Assembly: GCA_963782055.1 (NCBI GenBank)
Contig: CAWAIF010000003.1
Location: forward strand, 2,144,001-2,208,000
Source of the DNA: an uncultured delta proteobacterium
GTDB lineage: Bacteria; Myxococcota_A; Polyangia; Polyangiales; Polyangiaceae
Reading direction: 5' to 3'
Length of the DNA: 64,000 nt
A program made the translations under genes and the position numbers. Every line of letters starts with the position of its first letter. The stretch's first letter is position 1. Below the pieces are notes generated by a model. It was not told where the DNA came from and searched no databases. It was given only the letters and a program-made list of their open reading frames with translations. Below are positions 19,929-29,136 of the stretch, piece by piece.

Positions 19929-22313
19929 ATGTCCACCGTCTGTCCCGACAAGACCCGCGCCGACCTGGAGTGGGACCGCGTCCTCGGCGCGCTCGCCGAC
20001 CGGTGCGAGAGCGAGCCGGGGAAGGCGGCGGCCCGCGATCTGCCCTTCGCCGAGACGCACGCCGACGCGCGCCTCCGCCTCGACGAGACGCGCGAGGCGA
20101 CGGCGCTGCGGGCGAGCGGCGAGGCGCTGCCCGTCGTCGCGCTCGGCCCGGTGGACGAGGCGCTGGAGCGGCTGCGCGTCGGCGGGGTGCTCGCCCCCGC
20201 GGAGCTGCGCGTGCTCGCCCGCATGCTGCTGTGGGCGCGCAACGTGCGCCGCTTCCTCGCGCCCCGGAAGGAGCGGTGTCCCGCGCTGTTCGCGGCCTGC
20301 TCGTCGGACCCGACCCTGGACGATCCCGCGGAGGAGATCCGGCAGAGCTTCGACCCCGACGGCACGCTCTCCGACCACGCGAGCCCCCGGCTGCGCGAGC
20401 TGCGCGGGGAGCTGCGCGCCGCCCGCGCCCGCATGATGTCGCGGCTCGAGGACCTGATGCAGCGCTACTCCACGGTGCTGCAGGACCACTTCGTCACCGA
20501 GCGGGAGGGCCGCTACGTGCTGCCGGTGCGGAGCGACGCGCACGAGCGCTTCCCGGGCATCGTCCACGCCACCAGCGGCAGCGGGGGAACGCTCTTCGTC
20601 GAGCCGCGCGCGGTCGTTCCGATGGGCAACCGGCTGAAGATGCTCGAGGCCGACGCCGTCCGGGAGGAGGAGGCGATCTACGCCGGCCTCACCGCGCGCC
20701 TCTTCGCCGCGCTCCCCAGCGTGCTCGCCGCGGCCGAGGCGATGGCTCGCGCCGACGTCTGCGCCGCCGCGGCGCGACTGGCGGAGGAGCTCGAGCTGAC
20801 CTTCCCGGAGATCGTCCCCGCGGCGGTGCTCGACCTGCGCGAGGCGCGGCACTTGCTCCTCGCGCTGGAGCTGCCGCACGTGGTGTCGAGCGACATCCAC
20901 GTGGAAGGCGGCCACGCGATGGTGATGAGCGGGCCCAACGCCGGCGGGAAGACGGTGGCGCTCAAGACCGCGGGGCTGGTGGCGCTGCTGCTGCGCGCGG
21001 GGCTACCCGTGCCGTGCGGGCAGGGGAGCCGCGCCGGGCTCTTCGACGCCGTGCTGACCGACGTCGGCGACGACCAGAGCCTGCACAAGAGCCTCTCCAC
21101 CTTCAGCGCGCACGTGAAGAACCTCGTCGAGATCCTGGAGGAGACGCGCCCGGGCGCGCTGGTGCTGCTGGACGAGCTCGCCGGCGGGACCAATCCGCGC
21201 CAGGGCGAGGCGCTCGCCGCGGGGGTGCTCGACTCCCTGTGCGCGCGCGGCGGCGCGGTGATCGCCACGACGCACTACGAGGGGCTGAAGGCGCTCGCGC
21301 TGGGCGACACGCGCTTCCAGAACGCCAGCGTGGGCTTCGACCTCGCCACCATGACCCCCACCTTCCGGCTCACGCTGGGCGTCCCGGGTAGCTCCAGCGC
21401 GCTCGCGGTGGCGCGGCGGTTCGGGCTGCCCCCGACGGTCATCGAGCGCGCGGAGCGCTTCCTCTCGAAGGAGGAGCGCTCGCTGGAGGAGGAGGTGCGG
21501 CGCGTGCACGACGAGCGCATGGCGCTGGAGCTCGCGCGCGCGGCGGCGGAGGAGGAGAAGCGCAAGGCGGAGGTGGCGCGGGTCCGGCTGGAGGCGGAGC
21601 TGGAGCAGGCGCGCTCGCGAGAGGGGAGGGCGGTGTCGCGGGAGGCCGAGCAGCTGATGGCGAGCGTGCGCCGCGCCAGGGAGGACCTCCGCGCCGCGCA
21701 GGCGCGCCTGCGCGCGAAGAAGCTGGACGAGGGGAGCGTGCGCGAGGCCTCGCGCATGCTGGATCGCGTCGCCGCGCAGGTGGCCATCGGCGGGGAGATC
21801 GGCGCGGTCGTCGCCGCGCCGCCGGAGGAGCGACCCGCGCTGCCGGCGCCGCCGCGCGTCGGGGCGCGCGTGCACGTCCCGCGGCTGCGCGCCGACGCCG
21901 ACGTGGTGGAGGTGCTCGCCGGCGGCGTGGTCCGCGTCGCGGCCGGTCCCATCAAGCTGGTCGTGCCCGCGGCGGAGCTGCGCGTGGCGGAGCCGGTCGC
22001 GCGCCCGGAGCGCAAGCGCTCGGGACACGGCCACGCGCCGGCGGTGCGCGACGAGCACCCGATGCAGACGGTCGACACCACGTGCGATCTTCGCGGGATG
22101 CGTGTCGACGACGCGCTCTCCATGCTCGGCGCCTTCCTCGACCGCGCCGCGCACCAGGGGCGGGGGGCGATCTTCGTCGTCCACGGCCACGGCACCGGCG
22201 CGCTGCGGGAGGCCGTGCGCCGTGAGCTCGGCGCGAGCGGGTACGTGACACGGCAGCGCGCCGGCGAGCTGTCGGAGGGCGGGGATGGCGTGACAATCGC
22301 CTGGCTCGCCTGA
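19929..22313 (+). CDS. mutS2: Endonuclease MutS2 with C-terminal Smr domain
   Basis: SGPNAGGKT, DVGDDQSL...LSTFSAH, LLDELAGGT, TTHY, coiled coil, DLRGMR...VVHGHGTGALR...EGGDGVT. Confidence 0.95.
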   Translation: MSTVCPDKTRADLEWDRVLGALADRCESEPGKAAARDLPFAETHADARLRLDETREATALRASGEALPVVALGPVDEALERLRVGGVLAPAELRVLARMLLWARNVRRFLAPRKERCPALFAACSSDPTLDDPAEEIRQSFDPDGTLSDHASPRLRELRGELRAARARMMSRLEDLMQRYSTVLQDHFVTEREGRYVLPVRSDAHERFPGIVHATSGSGGTLFVEPRAVVPMGNRLKMLEADAVREEEAIYAGLTARLFAALPSVLAAAEAMARADVCAAAARLAEELELTFPEIVPAAVLDLREARHLLLALELPHVVSSDIHVEGGHAMVMSGPNAGGKTVALKTAGLVALLLRAGLPVPCGQGSRAGLFDAVLTDVGDDQSLHKSLSTFSAHVKNLVEILEETRPGALVLLDELAGGTNPRQGEALAAGVLDSLCARGGAVIATTHYEGLKALALGDTRFQNASVGFDLATMTPTFRLTLGVPGSSSALAVARRFGLPPTVIERAERFLSKEERSLEEEVRRVHDERMALELARAAAEEEKRKAEVARVRLEAELEQARSREGRAVSREAEQLMASVRRAREDLRAAQARLRAKKLDEGSVREASRMLDRVAAQVAIGGEIGAVVAAPPEERPALPAPPRVGARVHVPRLRADADVVEVLAGGVVRVAAGPIKLVVPAAELRVAEPVARPERKRSGHGHAPAVRDEHPMQTVDTTCDLRGMRVDDALSMLGAFLDRAAHQGRGAIFVVHGHGTGALREAVRRELGASGYVTRQRAGELSEGGDGVTIAWLA

Positions 22314-22394
22314 GCCCGCGTCGCACGTTGCCCCGTCCGGAGTCGCCCCGCGCGACGCGTAGGTGGTATGAGGGGCTGACAGGAGGCGGCGACC

Positions 22395-23492
22395 ATGTCC
22401 AACGGAAGGAAGCGCAACGGCGTAGAGCGTGCACAGCGCGCGCGGTGGGTCACCCCTTGCGTCCTCGCCTGCGCGGCGGGCCTGGTGTGCCTCGCGTGGG
22501 CCTGCGGCGGCGACGACACGTCGACGCCGGCGGACGCCGGGCCTGACGTCACCGGTGGGGACGCGCCCGGGCCGGAGGCCGGCGCCGACGCGTCCGACGC
22601 GGGGGCCGACGCCTCGACGCCCGCCTGCGACACGACCGCCGCGTTCGGCGTGGCGGCGCCGGTGACCGAGCTGGACGGTCCGGCGGACGAGGTGGGCGCG
22701 CGCCTCTCGTCGGACGGCCTCACGGTGTACTTCTCGAGCGATCGGGCGTTCGACGGCGGCATACTGGGTCCTCCCTTCACCTCGTCCATCTTGCGCCTGT
22801 ACCGCGCCACGCGCTCGGCGGTGGGTCAGCCCTTCGGCGCGCCCGTCCCCGCCGACGACCTCGACTCCGACGCGGGGGAGGGCTTCGCCTCGCTCTCGAC
22901 CGACGGCCTGACGGTCTATCTCGCGTCCCTGCGGGGCGATCCGAACCACGCGCACCTCTACGTCGCCACGCGCGCGGCCCCCGCCGATCCCTTCGGCACC
23001 CCGACGAGCGTGGCGAGCCTCGAGCTCGCGGGGACCTCGGACGACCAGCCGTATCTGACGGCGGACCAATCCGCCGTCTACTTCGCCTCCGGACGCACAC
23101 TGGACGCCGGCTTCGCGGGCTTCCACGTGTACCGGTCGGCGATCGACGACGCGGGCGTCGCGGCCGCGCCCGAGCGGGTCGCCGCGGCCTACGATCCCGA
23201 CGCGGGGCCGGACGTGAGCTTCGCTCCCGTCGTCACGGCGGACGACCTCACGCTCTACTTCGCCGCGCCTGCCAAGGGTGGGGGAGGGGGAGGCCACGAC
23301 ATCTGGCGGGCGACGCGCGCGACGCGCTCGGACCCGTTCGCCGCGGCCGCGCCGGTCACGGAGCTCTCCACCACCGACGTCGAGATGCCCTCCTACATCA
23401 CGCCGGACGGCTGCACGCTCTACTTCTACAGCAACCGGTCCGGCGGCTCGGGCGGCTGGGACATCTACCGCGCGAGCAAGCCCGCCAAGTGA
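22395..23492 (+). CDS. Lipoprotein with PD40/TolB-like beta-propeller repeats
   Basis: Lipobox AWAC, DAG linker, repeated LSxDGLTVYFxS...LYxATR...PFG units. Confidence 0.85.
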   Translation: MSNGRKRNGVERAQRARWVTPCVLACAAGLVCLAWACGGDDTSTPADAGPDVTGGDAPGPEAGADASDAGADASTPACDTTAAFGVAAPVTELDGPADEVGARLSSDGLTVYFSSDRAFDGGILGPPFTSSILRLYRATRSAVGQPFGAPVPADDLDSDAGEGFASLSTDGLTVYLASLRGDPNHAHLYVATRAAPADPFGTPTSVASLELAGTSDDQPYLTADQSAVYFASGRTLDAGFAGFHVYRSAIDDAGVAAAPERVAAAYDPDAGPDVSFAPVVTADDLTLYFAAPAKGGGGGGHDIWRATRATRSDPFAAAAPVTELSTTDVEMPSYITPDGCTLYFYSNRSGGSGGWDIYRASKPAK

Positions 23493-23537
23493 CGCTCGCG
23501 CTTCCATGGCGCCGCGCTTTGACCTAGAAGTTGGGCG

Positions 23538-24389
23538 ATGACCTGGTCGATCGAAGGCAAGCGCGTCCTCGTCACCGGCGCGAGCCGCGGCATCGGGCGC
23601 ACCACAGTCCTCGCGCTCGCGAAGCAGAACGCGGACCTCGGCCTCCTGGTGCGCAACCGGGAGCTCGGCGAGAAGGTGGTCGAGGAGATCCGCGCGCTGG
23701 GCGGGAAGGGCAAGGCGGACCTCTTCGTGGCCGACCTCTCCTCGCAGAGGGAGGTGCGCCGCGTCGCCGCGGAGATCCAGGCGAAGTACGAGCGGCTGGA
23801 CGTGCTGATCAACAACGCAGGCGCCATCTTCATGGACCGCCGGCTCACCGCCGATGGTCTGGAGATGACCTTCGCGCTCAACCACCTCGCCTACTTCCTG
23901 CTGACGAAGCTGCTGCTCGACCTGCTGAAGAAGAGCGCGCCGGCGCGCATCGTCAACGTGGCGTCCACCGCGCACCGCGGGGCGAAGATCCAGTTCGACG
24001 ACCTGATGTCGGAGAAGGGGTTCCGCGGCTTCGGCGCGTACGGTCAGTCCAAGCTCGCCAACATCCTCTTCACGCTGGAGCTGTCCAAGCGCCTGGAGGG
24101 GACGGGGGTCACCGTCAACGCGCTCCACCCCGGCGTCATCGCCAGCCAGTTCGGACGCAACAACAAGGCGTTCGGCGTGCTGATGCGCCTGGGCGCGCCC
24201 TTCCTCTCCAGCGAGGAGAGCGGCGCCAAGACCACGGTGTACCTGGCCACCTCGCCGGACGTGGAGGGCGTCACCGGCAAGTACTTCCGCCGCTCGCGCG
24301 AGGCCATCCCCAGCGCGGAGGCGGAGGACGCCGCCGTCGCCAAGCGGCTGTGGGAGGTGAGCGAGGAGCTGGTGGCCGGCACCGCGTGA
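23538..24389 (+). CDS. Short-chain dehydrogenase/reductase (retinol dehydrogenase-like)
   Basis: VTGASRGIG, LINNAG, IVNVAS, YGQSK, ALHPGVI. Confidence 0.93.
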   Translation: MTWSIEGKRVLVTGASRGIGRTTVLALAKQNADLGLLVRNRELGEKVVEEIRALGGKGKADLFVADLSSQREVRRVAAEIQAKYERLDVLINNAGAIFMDRRLTADGLEMTFALNHLAYFLLTKLLLDLLKKSAPARIVNVASTAHRGAKIQFDDLMSEKGFRGFGAYGQSKLANILFTLELSKRLEGTGVTVNALHPGVIASQFGRNNKAFGVLMRLGAPFLSSEESGAKTTVYLATSPDVEGVTGKYFRRSREAIPSAEAEDAAVAKRLWEVSEELVAGTA

Positions 24390-24448
24390 GCGCCGCCGTG
24401 AATTTCGGCGCCTCCGCGCCGCCCGCGGTGGTCTAAGATGGCGGCCTG

Positions 24449-24988
24449 GTGAACGAGTCCGACCCGGTGATCGTGGTGCCCTACGACCCCGCGTGGGCGT
24501 CCGCCTTCCAGCACGAGAAGGCGCGCCTGGACAGGGTGCTCGGCGCTCGCGCCCTCGGCATCGAGCACATCGGGAGCACCGCGGTGCCTGGGCTCGCCGC
24601 CAAGCCGGTGATCGACTTCCTCGTCGGTATGGCGTCGATGGAGGCGGCGGACGCGGCGATCCCGCTGCTGGAGGCCGACGGCTGGATCTTCCCGCCCGAC
24701 ATGAACGAGCGGATCGGCGACAGGCGCTACCTCAAGCGCGTGAAGGACGGCGTGCGCACCCACCACCTCCATCTGGTCGTGTACGACGCGCCCATGTGGC
24801 GAGAGTACCTCTTCTTCCGCGACAAGCTCCGCGCCCACCCGGAGCTGCGCGTCCGCTACGAGGAGCTGAAGCGGGAGCTCGCGAGCAAGTACCGCGAGGA
24901 GCGCCCGACGTACACGTCGTCGAAGACCAGCTTCGTGAAGGAGGTGCTCGGCCTCCCGCCCGATTCTCACCCCATCGCCCGGCACTGA
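24449..24988 (+). CDS. GrpB/UPF0157 family protein
   Basis: YDPAW, IEHIGSTAVPGLAAKPVID, HHLH, FRDKLR, Y..LKRELA. Confidence 0.92.
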   Translation: MNESDPVIVVPYDPAWASAFQHEKARLDRVLGARALGIEHIGSTAVPGLAAKPVIDFLVGMASMEAADAAIPLLEADGWIFPPDMNERIGDRRYLKRVKDGVRTHHLHLVVYDAPMWREYLFFRDKLRAHPELRVRYEELKRELASKYREERPTYTSSKTSFVKEVLGLPPDSHPIARH

Positions 24989-24996
24989 CCGGACCT

Positions 24997-26625
24997 TCAG
25001 ACGCTGATCGCGCCTTTGCGGAAGTCGCTCTTGGCGATCTTCACGTTCACGCAGGCGGGGACCTTCGCCGCGAAGGCGGCGTCCAGCGCCGGGCCCAGAT
25101 CGGCGAGCTTGTCGACGTAGACGCCGAAGCCGCCGACGGCCTCGACCACCCGCTCGTAGCGCGTGTAGTCCAGCCCGGTGGCGACGGCGCGCTCCTCGCC
25201 GTAGAGCTCCACCTGACCGCGGCGGATCTGCGTCCAGCCGGCGTCGTTGCCGATCACCGCCACCACCGGGATCTTCTGGCGGACCATCGCCTCGAACTCC
25301 AGGCCGTGGAGGCCGAAGCTCCCGTCGCCGTAGACGAGCACGACGCGCGCGTCGGGGCGCGCCAGCTTGGCGGCGATGGCGTAGCCGGGGCCGACGCCCA
25401 GGGTGCCGAGCGGGCCGGGGTCCATCCAGAGCTGCGGCCACTCCAGCTTGAGCACGTACGCGGCGGTCGCCACGAAGTCGCCGCCGTCACCGATGACGAT
25501 GTCGTTCTTGCCCAGCCGCTTGCCCAGCTCCGCGCACACGCGCAGCGGGTTGGGCGGGTCGGAGTCCGACTCGATCTCCGCGCGCATCTTCTCTCGCCGC
25601 TTCTGCTCCTCGGCGCGGATGGTGGCGAGCCACTCCGGCGCCTTCTTGGCGGGCAGGCCCACCAGGAGCTGCTCGAGCACGAGGCCGGAGTCGCCGTGGA
25701 TGGCGACGTCCACCTTGCGGTTGCGGCCGAGCTCCGCGCCGTCCAGGTCGACCTGCACCACCTTCGCGCCGGCGATGGATCGGCCGTAGTCCAGCCGGAA
25801 GTCGAAGGGCGTGCCGAAGACGAAGACGAGGTCCGCCTTCGCGAGCGCGGTGCGCCGCGAGCGGGCGAAGAGGCTCGGGTGCGCGTAGGGCAGCGCGCCG
25901 CGCGCCATGCCGTTGAGGTAGAAGGGCACCTCGTAGGCGTCGGCCGCGCGGCGGACGGCGGTCGCCATCGACGGCGACCAGCGGATCTGCGTGCCGACGA
26001 GGAAGACGGGCCGCTCCGCCTCGCCGAGCATCGCCGCGGCCTTCGCGACCTGCGTCGGGTCGCCCGCGGGACGCGGCGGCGCCTCCTGCGGGGCGGTGGC
26101 CGGCAGCTCGGCCTCGTCGTGCATGTTCATCAGCAGGTCGAGCGGCATCTCCAGGAAGACCGGGCCGGGCACGCCGGACTGCGCGATGCGCATCGCCGAA
26201 TCGATGTATTCTGCAATCCTCCGCGTCTCCGGGACCTGCACGCTCCACTTGGTGATGGGGCGCATGAGCGAGACGCAGTCCATGTCCTGCAGGGAGCCCA
26301 TGTCGGTGAGGGCACGCGGGCCGGCGCCGCCGATGCACACCATCGGGATGCCGGCGCGCTGGGCGTTGGCGATCGCGGTGACCACGTCGGTCACGCCCGG
26401 GCCGGCGGTGACGGCGCACACGCCCGGCTTGCCCGTGACGCGCGCGTAGGCGTCCGCCGCGTGCCCGGCGGTCTGCTCGTGGCGCACGTCGACGACGCCG
26501 ATGCCCTCGTCGATGCAGCCGTCGTAGATGGCCTGGATGTGCCCGCCGCAGAGGGTGAACAGGTGCGTGATGCCGTGTCGCTTGAGCGCCTGGGCGACGA
26601 GGCGCCCGCCGTGGACGTATGCCAT
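24997..26625 (-). CDS. ThDP-dependent enzyme, acetolactate synthase-like (ILVBL / 2-hydroxyacyl-CoA lyase type)
   Basis: FTLCGGHI, DVRHEQTAGHAADAYAR, VTAGPG, DPGPLGTLGVG, ThDP-binding motif GDGSFG...GND. Confidence 0.9.
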   Translation of the reverse strand: MAYVHGGRLVAQALKRHGITHLFTLCGGHIQAIYDGCIDEGIGVVDVRHEQTAGHAADAYARVTGKPGVCAVTAGPGVTDVVTAIANAQRAGIPMVCIGGAGPRALTDMGSLQDMDCVSLMRPITKWSVQVPETRRIAEYIDSAMRIAQSGVPGPVFLEMPLDLLMNMHDEAELPATAPQEAPPRPAGDPTQVAKAAAMLGEAERPVFLVGTQIRWSPSMATAVRRAADAYEVPFYLNGMARGALPYAHPSLFARSRRTALAKADLVFVFGTPFDFRLDYGRSIAGAKVVQVDLDGAELGRNRKVDVAIHGDSGLVLEQLLVGLPAKKAPEWLATIRAEEQKRREKMRAEIESDSDPPNPLRVCAELGKRLGKNDIVIGDGGDFVATAAYVLKLEWPQLWMDPGPLGTLGVGPGYAIAAKLARPDARVVLVYGDGSFGLHGLEFEAMVRQKIPVVAVIGNDAGWTQIRRGQVELYGEERAVATGLDYTRYERVVEAVGGFGVYVDKLADLGPALDAAFAAKVPACVNVKIAKSDFRKGAISV

Positions 26626-26630
26626 GGGCG

Positions 26631-27098
26631 CTACGATACTCGATCTGCCCCCGGAGTAGTCCCCCGCGGCCGCGAGGCGATCGCGGTGATCGCCGCGCCG
26701 ACCGGGTAGGCCACCAGGCCGCCCGTCAGCAGCCGCGTGACGTGCCAGACGGGGTGGATGCCCATCTCCTGCGTGACCAGCTCCACCATGAGCAGGGCGA
26801 GGGCGCCGAGCACCCAGGCCCACATCCACTTCGGTCCGCGGTAGGGCGCGCCGATCACCAGGCCCAGCCCCATGCCCAGATCGATCCCCGCGCAGCGCGA
26901 GCACATGGGCATGAGCTCGCCGAGCACCCGCAGCGTGCGAGCGGGGATGCGGTGGCACGTCAGCGACCACGGCCAGCCGATGGCGTCGGCCGCGCCCGCC
27001 GCGCCGAAGTGGCGCAGCACCGGCGGGACGAAGGGCCAGAGGAGCACCAGCACGCCGATCGCGCGGGGGAGGTTGCGCAGGAGCGCGCCCGCCTTCAT
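26631..27098 (-). CDS. DUF2085-type membrane protein
   Basis: CHRIPARTL...MPMCSRCAGI motif, several TM helices, RLLTG. ATGA overlap with the upstream gene. Confidence 0.8.
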   Translation of the reverse strand: MKAGALLRNLPRAIGVLVLLWPFVPPVLRHFGAAGAADAIGWPWSLTCHRIPARTLRVLGELMPMCSRCAGIDLGMGLGLVIGAPYRGPKWMWAWVLGALALLMVELVTQEMGIHPVWHVTRLLTGGLVAYPVGAAITAIASRPRGTTPGADRVS

Positions 27099-28120
27099 CT
27101 CGTGGGCACCACGATCGCGCCGGCGATCACCTTCGCGCGCAGCGCCTCCACCTGCGCGACGACCTCCTTCGGCAGGCCGGCCGCGTGTGGCCCCTCGTGG
27201 ACCCAGTCGACGCCGTGCTCGGCGAGGCCGAGCGGCCGCACGCCGCCGTGGAAGCGGTGCTCCACCACGCTCTTGATCGCCTCGAAGACCGCCACGTCCA
27301 CGCGCTTGACCATGCTGGTGACCACCACGCCGGGCATCTCGTCGTGCTGGTCGGCGTCGACGCCGATGGCGAGCGCGCCGCCGCTCTTGGCGCCCTCGAA
27401 GACGCCGTGGCCGGTGGCGCCGGAGGCGTGGAAGATGACGTCGGCGCCGGCGGCGATCTCCGAGACGGCCAGGAGCTTGCCCTTGGCGGGGTCCTTGAAG
27501 GCGTCGGGCGTGGCGCCGGCGTACGCCGCGTGCACCACGCACCCGGCGCAGGTGGCGTGGACGCCCGCGGTGTAGCCCGCCTCGAACTTGCGGATGAGCG
27601 GGATGGTCATGCCCCCCACGAAGCCGACGTGGTGCGACTTGCTGAGCAGGCCGGCGGCGGCGCCCACCAGGAAGGACCCCTCCTCCTCCCGGAAGACCAG
27701 GCCGAGCACGTTGGGCGGCGCGACCTCCTTGCCCGGCGCGTAGTCCACGCAGGCGAAGTGCACGCCGGGATAGCTGCGGGCGACGGCGTCCACGTCGCTG
27801 GAGAAGATGAAGCCGACGCCGATGACCAGGTCCATCCCGCGCGCGGCGAAGAGGCGGAGCGCGGCCTCGCGGTCCTCCGCGCCGCCGGGCTCCAGGTACT
27901 CGCCCTCCACGCCCAGCTCGCGCTCGGCACGCATCAGGCCCTCGTAGGCGGAGTCGTTGAAGCTCTTGTCTCCGCGCCCCCCCACGTCGAACACCAGCCC
28001 GATGCGGGCGGCCGGTCGCCCCTCGCGGGACGCGTGCTCGTGCCTGCCGTGGCGCGCCGGGAGGAAGGCCACGAGCACGGCCACCGCCGCCAGCACCAGG
28101 GCGATGCCGCGCGGGGTCAC
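27095..28120 (-). CDS. BMP family (basic membrane protein / nucleoside-binding) substrate-binding protein
   Basis: GGRGDKSFNDSAYEG, FREEEGSFLVG, GFVGGM, GADVIFHASG, IGVDADQ, TSMVKRVD. GTGA overlap with the CDF gene. Confidence 0.92.
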   Translation of the reverse strand: MTPRGIALVLAAVAVLVAFLPARHGRHEHASREGRPAARIGLVFDVGGRGDKSFNDSAYEGLMRAERELGVEGEYLEPGGAEDREAALRLFAARGMDLVIGVGFIFSSDVDAVARSYPGVHFACVDYAPGKEVAPPNVLGLVFREEEGSFLVGAAAGLLSKSHHVGFVGGMTIPLIRKFEAGYTAGVHATCAGCVVHAAYAGATPDAFKDPAKGKLLAVSEIAAGADVIFHASGATGHGVFEGAKSGGALAIGVDADQHDEMPGVVVTSMVKRVDVAVFEAIKSVVEHRFHGGVRPLGLAEHGVDWVHEGPHAAGLPKEVVAQVEALRAKVIAGAIVVPTR

Positions 28121-29121
28121 GGGGCGGCCTCGCCGCCCTTCTCCTCGGCCGGCGCCAGTCCGCGGCCGTCGCCGTGGGCGTCCACCTCGATGAAGATCTT
28201 CCGCATCTGCGGGAGCTTCTTGCGGATGCGCCGCTCGATCTCGTTGGTCACGTCCTCCACCACCTCGACGGTCGTCTCCGGCGCGAAGGCGAGCTTCAGC
28301 GCCAGGATGACGACGTCCGGCCCGAGGTGGACGGAGAGCACCTGCGTGACGCGCTCGACGCCCTCGGTGCCCTCGCACAGCGCGACGACCTCGGCGTGGT
28401 CCTCCGGCGAGGCGCTCTTGCCGATGAGCAGGCCGTGGGTCACCCACGCGAGGGTGACCGCCACGACCGCGAGCAGCCCCCCGATGAGCAGGCTGCCGAG
28501 CGCGTCCCAGAACGCTTGACCCGTCAAGCCTCGCAGGACGACCGCCGTCAGCGCGAGGGCCAGGCCGACCAGCGCGGTGGTGTCCTCGGCGAGGACGAGG
28601 GGGATGGTGGGGTCGCGCGCCTCCAGGAAGGCCTCGCGCAGGGGCCGCCCCTTGGCGAGCACGCGGAACTCGCGGAAGGCGACGCGGAAGCTCAGCGCCT
28701 CGAAGAAGAAGGAGGTGCCGAGCACGGCGTAGTTGAGCACGTTGGAGGAGAAATGCAGGTGAACGCCCAGCACCGTGTGGTCGATCATCCGCAGGGGCTC
28801 CTCGTGGTGCCCGAGGAGGTGGTGCAGCCCCTCGTACATGGCGAAGGCGCCGCCGACGGAGAAGAGGATGAGCGCCACGACGAACGGCCAGAAGTAGAGC
28901 TCGCTGGCCCTCCCGAACGGGTAGCGGTCGTCGGCGGGGCGCGCGGCGAGCGCCAGCCCCACGAGCAGCAGCGCCTCGTTGCCGGAGTCCGCCACCGAGT
29001 GGACGGCCTCCGCGAGCGTGGCCGGGGAGCCCGAGGCGAGCGCCGCCGTGAACTTGCAGGCCGCGATGGCCAGGTTGCCGGCGAGCGCGGCGACGACGAC
29101 CTTCCGACTGTCGGCACTCAT
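28117..29121 (-). CDS. Cation diffusion facilitator (CDF) transporter
   Basis: AEAVHSVADSGNE, YPFG, EDTTAL, WDALGS, C-terminal cytosolic domain with HLGP...IFIE. Confidence 0.92.
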   Translation of the reverse strand: MSADSRKVVVAALAGNLAIAACKFTAALASGSPATLAEAVHSVADSGNEALLLVGLALAARPADDRYPFGRASELYFWPFVVALILFSVGGAFAMYEGLHHLLGHHEEPLRMIDHTVLGVHLHFSSNVLNYAVLGTSFFFEALSFRVAFREFRVLAKGRPLREAFLEARDPTIPLVLAEDTTALVGLALALTAVVLRGLTGQAFWDALGSLLIGGLLAVVAVTLAWVTHGLLIGKSASPEDHAEVVALCEGTEGVERVTQVLSVHLGPDVVILALKLAFAPETTVEVVEDVTNEIERRIRKKLPQMRKIFIEVDAHGDGRGLAPAEEKGGEAAP

Positions 29122-29136
29122 GGGAAGGGAGCGACT

